Source of the DNA: Saprolegnia diclina VS20
Lineage: Eukaryota
Assembly (NCBI RefSeq): GCF_000281045.1
Contig: NW_008246087.1
Location: forward strand, 457,253 to 521,252
Reading direction: 5' to 3'
DNA: 64,000 nt
The position numbers were made by a program, and so were the translations under genes. This document shows positions 22,870 through 33,691 of this stretch, one piece after another (the first letter of the stretch is position 1; each line of letters begins with the position of its first letter). The notes under the pieces are model-generated. The model was not told the origin of the DNA and made no database searches. It saw only the letters and a program-made list of their open reading frames with translations.

Positions 22870-24850
22870 ATGATATGATATGGATTGAAATCTTTATACA
22901 GACTAAAGACTCCACCTACTAAGACTTAAAAACTAGTTGTGTGTTGAACGTCGGCGGCCAAAAGCTCTTCAACGTGCAGGAGTTCCTCGGCCGGCAGTAC
23001 ATCGTGCCGTCCGTCGTCGGGATGCGCGTACGAGGTGCAGTCGTCGGGTGCGAGCTTGGACAAATGATCCGTGGCTTGGTTGAACTCGCGAGGGTGGTGT
23101 TCCCATGTGCACGTAAAACATGCCGCGAGCTCCCGCGCCTGGACATGCAGCTTCTGCAAGCGAGCCTCTTGGACCCGGTAGATGCCCTTCATCTGCTGCA
23201 TCAGCAGCATGCTGTCGCCGCGCACCGTGAGATGCGTCACTGCCAGTCGCTGAGCTAACTGGAGCGCCGTGATCAGACCGTCGTACTCGGTCTCGTTGTT
23301 CGTTGTCGCGGTATCAAGGTAGTTGGCTTGGTACACCACGCTCTGGGGCGGCTCGGTCAAAAAGACGAGCGAGCCACTACCGCCACAGTGCGGATCTTTC
23401 CGAGCCGCGCCATCAAAGTACGCGACCCCCGCAAGCGAGGTCATGTGGCACACCGGGTCGAGAACAGCGTGCTCGCCGTGTTGCTGCACGAGCGACTCGA
23501 AGACACGAGCTCGGAGTGCGTGGTGGCGTCGAGTGTGGTACTGGCGTTGCGCCTCGCAAGTCCAAAGTAGCGTACCGAACGTGCGTGTGGTCCGGCAGCA
23601 CGTCGTCAGGAGCGTGAATCTTGCGACACCGTTGGTTCCATAACGTCCGGAGCGTGAGGTGGCGTAGCATCTGCCAGGCTTGTTGCCCGACGAGATCAAA
23701 CACGATGCCGTGGGAGCGCCAATGTGCGGCCCGCACCAGCCACGCCGGTGCGGCCAGAGGTTTGACAAGATCGAAAACGATGGAGACTGTTCAAGTTGAG
23801 ATCGAAAGCCTGGGATGCGTGCATAGATAGTACAATATATTAGAGACACTAGGATGTGTCGACAGTGTCAGCACGCACATCGCACTCCGCTCTTGGGTAG
23901 CGGACTCATGCCCTTGAACAAACACATGGTGGACAAGAGCTCCCCTCATGTCGGTCACCTCTTGAACTGCTCCGCGATGTTGCGTCGGAAACGCTTGCCG
24001 CAAAATCTTCTAGATGCCTCTCGCTCTTGTGCTTCTCGTGCCGTCTCGTTGAGGAAGTTGAATTCGCCGAGGCAATCGAAGCCACCGGGCATCGCAATCG
24101 CTTGCCTATCGCTTCTTGGCGTTGATCTGGTTGAATCGGAACGTCTCGCGGTTGGGCTCTTTGTCCGAGGTGAGGCGCATGATCTCCTTCTTGGTCTTGT
24201 CGCCAAAAATCGCAATCCTCTTGTGCTTGACGTCAGCCGGGCGAAATGACGCGGGATCGCGTACTGTGTGCTGTGCGGGAAGTGCACCGAGGATGAGTAA
24301 GACGTCATTTCCTCCGGGGTCAAATGCGACCGAAGAACTTGATTGAGGCTGTTGAGAACCTCAGCGTCGTGTTCATTTTGGTGTAGAGCTCTTCGACCTT
24401 GTTGAAGTCCTTCGTTGGCGCCGAGACGTACTCCTTGAGCAGTCGAGTCAACGTCGTGACGTTGGACTCGCTGTACTAGTACTTCTTTTGGATGTCGGCC
24501 CAAATCTCGTGAATCGGCCTCTTGTCGGCAAACGTGCTCGAAGCTCGTTGACCATAGCTGGCTGGCATGAGCTGCATAAGATGCGAGCAGGTCTGCGGTC
24601 GGCGGTCGGCGGTCGGCGCCCGAAGTCTTGTGTCGTTGTTGTATTTTGAAATTGGACGACTTGTCTGGGCGAAGTGGCCACGCTTGTCGGCGACACAGTG
24701 TCTTTTCTAACAAGAGAGCTAAAAATACACTTGGGTCTTGGCGCCTTCGTGTTGGTCGACCCCGAATCGCAGGCCCAACGTTGACGAACCCCTGCCATCG
24801 GTGGTCAGTGCGACCGACCAAGCTGCCAAGAATTCGAGGGATAGCAAGGC
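22870..24850 (-). mobile_element. Decayed non-LTR (L1-like) retrotransposon fragment with C-terminal archaeal-type RNase HI
   Basis: YFDGAAR, TNNETEYDGLI, VRGDSMLLMQQMKG, HHPREFNQATDHLS form an RNase HI. Upstream frameshifted Cys/His and Trp-rich segment (WQMLRHLTLRTLWNQRC) resembles the post-RT region of L1. No RT core visible; boundaries approximate. Confidence 0.7.
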
Positions 24851-25351
24851 CTTGATGCGTCGACGCCAGTTGGATGGATGGTTCGATCGAAGAACCTTTG
24901 TCCTTGCACCTACCAGTCGCTATAAAGACACGAGAAGGCAGATCCCAGAGATCACTGTGGCGCGCGACACCAGTGTTGAATGTGGTTTGCGAGAATTGGC
25001 GCCACCGGATACCGATCCGTTTTACCCGCTAACCTCAACACAGGCCCGTTCCACCCCGGGCGTGGAGGTTCGACACCAAGGACCTGATGCTGCATCATCA
25101 CTACCGTTCCTTCTGTATCTGCTTGACAACATACACAGTCTTGGGCTACGTTCTCAGCACACTGCGTGTAATTCGTGCTCACCCGAGTACCTTCTCTCAA
25201 CGACGGGGACAACAAACGTGAGCGGTTTCTCATTATAATCTATTTGTACACGGGTCGTTTTCATACGTGGTTGGTTTTGCAGTGCACCTTGTGTCTGGTC
25301 ACATTTCTTTTCTCCTCCAGTACTCCATTCAGCGCTCGACGACTTGCCACC

Positions 25352-27053
25352 ATGACATGCGCCAAGGTCATCCATCATACGTCAACGACTGCCGACAGCT
25401 ACCGCGTGCGCCGCAATCGCTTGGGCTCGTTCATTTGCATTGCCTCGATGCTCAACGTCTCGTCCATGGTACATTAGTCTGTGTATTTACGTTGGGATGA
25501 ATCAACTAACGAAAATTGTGCCTGGTGTAGCCACTCGCAGCGTACATTTCCGAGTACCTGCCGTGGCGCGGCGCGTTCACACCGCCAGAAACCCATGCCA
25601 ACTACACGTCCTTCAGCGCTGCAACACTTGCGCTCCACCAAGAGCGCTACTCCAACGCCACGCTACCGGCGGGGACCACGTTTCTCGTGGACGACAATTA
25701 CAACACCCAAGTTGTTCGCGCTCTTGTGCCCGTGCATGCACAGCCTCTGCGCTTTGGGGACTGCTTTGCCACGTCGATTTTGGGCCTACCCGGGCTTTCT
25801 TTCTATTCGGATAGCCTCAACAACTTTGTCTGCAACGTCCTCGACAACCCGACGACACTTGTCGCCAACGGCTCGTGCTTCCACCTCAACATGCTTTCGC
25901 GTCCGTACGACCGAGCGTGCCTCTGGTTCGTGCCTGGCGACGGCATCTCGAGCCATCCTAACAAGGCGGATAAGGTTGTCACGCTCTACTTTGTCAAGAC
26001 GGAGCTTCGAACCCCGGCATTCGCGTGGTTTTTGTTTGTCTATCGCCTTGGGACAACGCTCTTTGTGTGGTACCGTCTCTACGTCCACTACTACCGCCAC
26101 TGCTTGGAGCTCGAGGCGCGGCTTCGCCGGTTCGGCCACCGACTCAAGATGCCAGCGGGCGACTGGTCGTACGAGATTGTGCTGGGCGATCCGACGGCCA
26201 TTGTGCTCATGGACGCATGGGTTGCATCGCTCTACTACCTCGATACGTGGTTTGGCTGCACCAACATTGGAACCGCAACCTTGCAGATGCAGGACAGTGG
26301 CGACGCGTTGCTCATGCTGCGAGGTGTCATGTACCTGGCGCGCACAGTACTTCGTAGCCTCTTTTTTCCATCTGATGATCGTGTTTGTAGGTGTGGTTTG
26401 CGTACTGGGGTCTCTGCCTCGTTTCGTATGCGCTCAAGCGCTGGAAGAAACAACATGCTTTCAAGGAAGTCGACCCGACGGTTGTGGCCATCGTCGTGAC
26501 CATCAATGGGCCTGCCTTTACGTTCATGACGGGCCACGTTGTGATCTTTGCTCGCTTTTACCAATGGATGTTCAACTGCCTCATCCCAAGAGCGTTCCAA
26601 GGCCAAGAGGTTGAGGTCGGCCTCGTGTCCATCATATTTACCGTACTCACGATCCACATGCCGGTGGCCTATGGTTTGGTGGCGGGTATGTGAAGGGCTT
26701 TATGACTGCAGAACGAAGTGTTGCATGGAGGACTCGTGCTGTATGTCGTGTAGGACGACGCAATGGCGAGGCAAACGCCCCCCAAGTAGACTGCAGTTCA
26801 TTTCGCTTCAACAGCATCAAGAGCGCGGCCATATTTCGCGTCGCCAACGCCCTTCGCATCACCCCCAAGCTCCCTGCACGCGGTGGTACCCTATACCGAG
26901 CCATGGACTTGAACCCGCGGCTCAAGCGTTGTCCGACGATCAGTCTACGGGGCACCGACTGCTTCGTGATTTGCTACTGCAACGGCGAGCTCATCGAGCG
27001 GCTGCGCATGAGTCTTCTCTCGGGCATCGACACGGCGCACGCGGTGATTCCAC
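25352..27053 (+). CDS. Unknown multi-pass membrane protein family, copy B (3' end in gap)
   Basis: ATG at 25352; spliced frame appears intact (AYISEYLPWRG..FAWFLFVYRLG..WFAYWGLCL..RGGTLYRAMDLN) until the N-gap at 27054. Confidence 0.75.
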
Positions 27054-27408
27054 NNNNNNNNNNNNNNNNNNNNNNNNNNNNNNNNNNNNNNNNNNNNNNN
27101 NNNNNNNNNNNNNNNNNNNNNNNNNNNNNNNNNNNNNNNNNNNNNNNNNNNNNNNNNNNNNNNNNNNNNNNNNNNNNNNNNNNNNNNNNNNNNNNNNNNN
27201 NNNNNNNNNNNNNNNNNNNNNNNNNNNNNNNNNNNNNNNNNNNNNNNNNNNNNNNNNNNNNNNNNNNNNNNNNNNNNNNNNNNNNNNNNNNNNNNNNNNN
27301 NNNNNNNNNNNNNNNNNNNNNNNNNNNNNNNNNNNNNNNNNNNNNNNNNNNNNNNNNNNNNNNNNNNNNNNNNNNNNNNNNNNNNNNNNNNNNNNNNNNN
27401 NNNNNNNN
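27054..27408. other. Assembly gap (355 N)
   Basis: Run of N between near-identical inverted gene tails. Confidence 1.
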
Positions 27409-28980
27409 CTAAATGCACCACACCGATGGCTCGGGCGACATGCGGAGCTCGTACTTGCTGTTAACGAGCATGACAGGTCCGCTCTCCTTTGTCTCCAGCG
27501 TCACCGGCACGCGCAGCTCGTTAACAACAAACTCGGAAGACTCACTGGCGCGTGGAATCACGGCGTGCGCCGTGTCGATGCCCGAGAGAAGACTCATGCG
27601 CAGCCGCTCGATGAGCTCGCCGTTGCAGTAGCAAAGCACGAAGCAGTCGGTGCCCCGTAGACTGATCGTCGGACAACGCTTGAGCCGCGGGTTCAAGTCC
27701 ATGGCTCGGTATAGGGTACCACCGCGCGGAGGGAGCTTGGGGCGATACGAAGGACTCGTGCAACTCGAAACACGGCGGCGTTCTTGATACTGTTGAAGCG
27801 AACAGAGCTGTAGCGCTCGATGCCATGCAATCGTCGACGACGTTGTCCTAGCATATCATGAAGCAATCCGGTGGTTCGAGCCTGCCTACCCATCATCAAG
27901 CCGTACGTGACGGGGTTGCTGAGAGTAGAGACTGTATACGCCACGCCACACAGCAGATCGCTCCCTCAATCGCTTGGTTTTGCAAGGCCGTGGGCACAAC
28001 ACAGGAGAAGAGCCATTGGTAGAAGTGAGCCAATAGCCCAACGTTGCTCGAATCAAATGAGATGAATGGACCATACATGGCCACGCTGACGGCCACTAGC
28101 GTCGGGTCGACTACCTTGAAAGCATGTTGTTTCTTCCAGCGCTTGAGTACATACGAAACAAGGCAGACATCCCAGTACGCAAACCACACCTAATATCAAG
28201 TTCATTGAATGTTGCCACTGAATATGGCAAGACAAATACCGAGCGCGCGAGGTAGAGGACACCTTGCAGCATTAGCCAAGTGTCACCGCTGACCTGAATT
28301 TGCATCGTGGCGGTACCAAACATGGTCGAATGCGTCCAAATATCGAGGTAGTAGAGAGAGGCGACCCACGCGTCCATAAGCACAATGGCCATCAGATCGC
28401 CCAGCACAATCTCGTACGACCAGTCGCCCGGTGGCATCTTGAGTCGGTGGCCGAACCGACAAAACCGCGCCTCGAGCTCCAAGCAGTGGCGGTAGTAGTG
28501 GACGTAGAGACGGTACCACACAAAGAGCGTTGTCCCAAGGCGATAGACAAACACAAGCCACACAAGGACCGGGGTTTGAAGCTCGGCCGAGGTAAAGTAG
28601 AGCGTTTACAACCTTATTCGCCTTGTCGGTGGGATTCGAGAAGACGTCGCCAGGATCGAGCCAGAGACACGCTCGGCCATACACGTACGTGAACAAGCGT
28701 GGATGGTAGCAGGATTCATTGGTTGCTTGGGGAGCTGTCACATTGTTGAGCAGATGCTTTGCATGTAGATGCTTTGCATGTAGATGCTTTGCATGTGGGC
28801 ACTCATGAAAAAAGCGAGGCAAGAGAGTCCCAGAAGCGAGGTAGAGACACAGTCCTCCAAGCTCATCGGCTGCGCATGCAACGGGAGGACGGCGCAAACG
28901 ACTTGGGCGTTGTTGGCCTCATCGAGAAGGAACGTGGTGCCCACTGGTAACGTACTGGTAACGTGGCGTTGGAGTAGAGT
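27409..28980 (-). pseudogene. Unknown multi-pass membrane protein family, copy C, inverted, 5'-truncated and frameshifted
   Basis: Same motifs as copies A and B on the minus strand. Frameshifting 11-bp tandem duplication (28943-28964), 15-bp x3 duplication (28752-28796), further frame changes near 28600 and 27735. First exon not found. Confidence 0.75.
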
Positions 28981-29172
28981 ATATTGACGTTGGCCTGGCT
29001 AGATCTGACGAAGCTCTGTTTGAACTATTTTTTAACTCGATTCAGTCGGTTACTCTCGAATCAGATTGGCCGGCCCGAGAGTTGTCACAGTTGTCTGGTG
29101 CTAGTATACCCCAAGGCTCAACGCAAAAAGCAACACGCATGCAAACAGAGACATTCTATTGAGTTGTTTAAA

Positions 29173-32100
29173 TTAATGGGTTGGTGACGTGACGATGGAC
29201 TCGGTCGCGATGAGTAGAGCTTCCAGCCGCGCTTCGAGTTGGAGTGCCGTCGGTCGATCGTCAGGCGAAAACGCAATGCACTCGAGCGCCATCTCTCGCA
29301 GCCAGTCGGGACACGACTCGGAGAGCGTCGGTTTGATCTTGCCTTGCATGACCTAAGGCGACAAAGCGTTGATTTGATTGCATCAACATTGCGGCGCCGT
29401 ACCTTGTACATGATGGTAAAATTGCCAAGGGCCTGGCCCCGGTCGTTGACCATGTCGGCGTACGGCACTGCGTGCGTATCGAGCTCGGTTAAAATCTAAG
29501 CATCAAGATCCAACTCCAATCTCAAAAAATAGGGATTGGTGTACCATGCCAAACGAGTAAATGTCGGCTTTGGTGTCGTAGTGCTTGCCCTTGAGCACCT
29601 CGGGGGCCGTCCAGCGGTACGTACCAACCGCGTTGGTCATGCTCTCGTCAGTCGCATCGCGCGCGATACCAAAGTCCCCGAGCTTGGCCTCCAGCGCCGC
29701 CGTTAGCATGACGTTGCGCGACTTCAAATCCCGGTGGATCACCTATCATACATGTTCGTACACCGGTGTCCACCTATTCATGAATAGAGATAGCGTACGT
29801 TTTGGTTGTGGAGGTAGACGAGGCCCCGGGTCATGTCCCGCGCGCTGCGAATCTTGTCGGCCCACGGAAACAGCACTTCCTTGTCCTCGGTCGTCGCTTC
29901 GAGGTACGTTTGCAAGTCGCCTTTCTCCATGTACTCGACGACGCACTTCATATCGGCGAGGTGCGTCCACGAAGCGCCGACAAACTGCACCAAGAACGGA
30001 CTGTCAAAGCTACCGACTGCGATAAGAACGTAGTGGCGAGAGGCCAAGTGACGCACCGCGACATGAGCTCAATCTCCTGGATGAACGTTTCAATGTTCTT
30101 GATGGTCGCGTTGTCTTCGCGCAGCCGCTTGACGGCCACGAGCCGGCCGTTGTACTCGCCGAGGACCACTTCGCCGTACGCGCCACGGCCGAGGATCGTG
30201 TCGAGCAGCTTGACGTCCGTGTTGAGGCGGTGCGGTGTCAGCGAGGTCGTCACGGACGCCTCAATGGAGCTAAGGAACTTGAGCTGCTCTTCTTTATCGG
30301 ACGAGAGTTCGACGAGCGCCGCAAAGTTGTTGTCAATCATCGAGCGCGACAGCTTGTGCCGGCGCACGCGCATGACGACGTACACGATGCAGCCCATGAC
30401 AAAGGCGCTACCGAGGCACACACCAATGATCATCGCGGCGGTCCACGATTTCCCTATACGTAGTTTAGACAACTTGTCCACAATCGATCGATCGACGGAC
30501 CCACAACGCACGCACTAAAGCTATCTTGGCGCGACGAGGCGGTTCGGAGCTCGCCCATTTCACACACGGACGTGCCTTGCGCCGACACGAACGTGACGTT
30601 GCCCGCTTGCAGCGACCGGAACGTCGCGTCGTCTACCGTCAGCGTCGCGAGGCTTTTGCCTTCGAGGATCCTAATGACACTATCAAATTGTCCTTCAAGG
30701 ACACTGGAGGTATCGTACAGCGTGATGTTGTCGTGGCTGTCGATGCTATTAAGTGTGATCTTGCGCAGCGCGTTGCTTGAAAAATCCCTACAAAGACTTT
30801 TGGCTCGGATTGGCTGTCGAGGGGTAGTAGTAAGTACAGGAAGCGCGCGTGGTTGAAGTCCTTCAGATCCAGCGTGCGCATCCGGTTGTTGCACATGACT
30901 CTACATCGCAGGATGATGCGACTTGAGGCATACGATGGGACGACGTACAGCTCCCGCGACGACGGAATTCCCTCAAACGTCTCGATGCTGTTGTCGGAGA
31001 AGTCCCTACTCCAGCGTTTGAGGTTGCACAATATTGCATGACAATAGTGTACAAAAAATCGAGGTTCTTGGGCCAGTTGCCGGTCGCGTCTTCGCGAAAG
31101 GACATGAGTTTGTTGCCCCGAAGCGACCTAATGGCAACGAATGACGTGAGCGCGTCACGTAACTATTTCCGTGACGTACAGCCGCTTGAGGGACGATGGC
31201 CACGGGTACGCGTCGCTCATCGCACCCCAGCCGCAGTTGACGCACTCGCTACAAACACACACATCTCCATTTAGCAACCATGCGCTTCAAGTGCGCGCGT
31301 ACAAGGACGTGAGTGCGGGCAGCGGCGGCGCGTTTGTTGCGAGGTTGCTCCACGTAATGTTGACGAGCTTGAGGTTCTCAAGCGTTGAGACGCTTGTCGC
31401 GTTCAAGAACGACACGTTGGCGTTGCGGATCGTGCTAGACAATATTGTCCATCAAAAGACAATATTCGTGATGCTGTCGTACAGTGAGTGGATGTTGGGA
31501 AACGAGAGAACCGCAAGCGAAAAGCTCGGTTTGCCTTGAAAATCCATCGTCTCGTCGCGGCCAAAGAAGGGTTCAACCTCGCGGCACTGCGCGTCGACGA
31601 GGCAGAACTCGGCGCCTTTGGAGAGGCAGTTGGTGCTCGTCAGTGCCTGCGTCGCGTTGGGAAAGCACGTGGGCACGACCACGAGGTTGCCGGGGTCTAG
31701 ACCAATACGAAAAATGAGAAATAAGATCCATAAGAAATGAGAGACGCACTGGGAACGATGCTGCTGGGCACGACGCAGATGCCCGTCGAGAGGAAGTTGG
31801 GCAGCGTCTGGAGCACCGTGTTGCGCGCTTCGCAGTCGGCCGCGAGGGACGTTGCACTCGGGAGCGCTTTGGCGTTTTGAAGCGTCGTGAGCGACGCGGC
31901 GTCGGTTTGAAAGATTGAAATGTTGCAGTTGGCGCATCGACTAGACAGGCCATTAGAACCCCACCGATGGAAACAAATTGTACGTACAAGCTAAACTGGT
32001 TGCGCGGCGACCCGACATTGTAGACCGTCACGACCGGGTTGTTGTCGAGGATCCTAGTGCAGGATGCATGAGCCAACATCTCAGAGCAAGCGACGACGCA

Positions 32101-33110
32101 CAGCGACGTGGCGTTTTCAAAGGCCGTCGTGCGCACGAGCTTGATCCAGTTGTCCGAGAGGTCGCTACGTGCGGTGAGCGAAGGAATACCAGCCGTACGT
32201 ACAGGATCTCGGCGGGCGGAAAGTCTTCAAACTGACGAACTGCGTTGTAGCGACCCGAGCTACACGACCGATTCTGCGTGAGCCATACCGTGAGCCTAAC
32301 TCGGCCGTCCTACAAGGTCTCAAGCGGCGTGACCGAGCCCGACCGGTTGTAGTAGGACTCTGTGAGGCTGCTGAACGACACGACTTCAGAGCCCTCGACG
32401 GCCCTAACGCACCGTCAAATAGGCGCGTCAACTTTGCGCCTTACAAGTGCTTGAGCTGCGGTGGCCAGTAGCGAATGCGGAACTGGTCGAGGTTGGACGT
32501 GCCGTTGAGCATTCTCCTAGGTACCATGGCATATATGAGGCCTTTTCACTGGCTTAGTAGCTCGTACAGCGTCGTGAGTTCGTAGGGCAAGTAGACGTCC
32601 CCCATAATGTACGGGTTGTCGACCAAGGTCCTACAAGATGTTACAACATTGCTAAATTGAAGATGTAGCCACGCACAAGTTGGCAACGAGCGCCATCTCA
32701 ACGCGGTAGACTGATGAAATGTTGAACGAAGTCGGCGCCGACGTCGTCGTCGGCAGCTGCGAGAGCGGCAGGCCAATGCGGACGAGGCCGTTGCTGCGGA
32801 ACGTCCTACGCACCGATGAGAGGTCGGCAACGATAGGAGGCGCGCAGTACAAGGTGGTCATGTTGGGCAGGTTCTCAATCAAGTCGATGTGGTCGTCAAT
32901 CTCGAGCTCACGCACAGACGATTCGAAGACTTTGGTGCGCTGGCACTTGCTGTCGACGAGACAGGCGGTCGAGGGCGGGCAGAATGGCGTGTCGAACGAG
33001 AACGTCGACGAGTACGCGCCAAAGGGGCACGTCGTGGACCAGTCGACCATCGGCGATATGGCCGTCGGGACCGCCGGCGTGACGACGGCCGGGAGGCGGG
33101 TTGTACTCAT
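29173..33110 (-). CDS. LRR receptor-like kinase (TKL), paralog 2, with two Cys-cap/LRR modules
   Basis: CPFGAYSSTF..CLVDSKC cap and second cap CFPN..FCLVDAQC; LRR micro-exons (DFSDNSIETF, DFSSNALRKI); TM AMIIGVCLGSAFVMGCIVYVVM; GRGAYGEV, HRDLKSRN, DFG, GTYRWTAPE. Confidence 0.82.
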
Positions 33111-33691
33111 GGCGGCAATTCCAAATGGGCGCGCCGGGTTTATTCACGCGCTGTCGAGCTTGCACTTTGTATGGCGCCTGCGAAACACACGATTACACAC
33201 TCTGCAACACGCCGCGCTGTACACTGTATGGTTATCCGTATACACATCCGGATAAAACATCAAATTGCCAAAGGTAGTACCCTCCAAGATTATACCGTGC
33301 AACCTATATGCCAGTGTGACGTCGCGGCCACCAAGAAGGATATGCTTGCTTCCCAGGTGCGTTAGTCTCTATCACCAACTAACTAAAAGCCCAAGCAAAG
33401 CCATGGGCAGGACACAAGCTACAACTATTATACCTACTAGAAGAGTCAAGTCGAGTCGACGGACAACGAGGACTTCTGCAGCTGCTTGAAGTGCCCCAAT
33501 CCGCAAGCCCAATCTGATCGGCAGCACGACTCGGCCGTGCCAACGCAACTGCGTCCTGCCGGTCGCACGTGGCAGCAGCTCCTCAACGTCAATAATGTCC
33601 TATGGCGACACAATAGCAATTTAGTAATACGCTTTTGGACTATATTAATTATGTTACGAGTTGGCTGCTGTAGTGTAGTTAGTGCTGTAAA

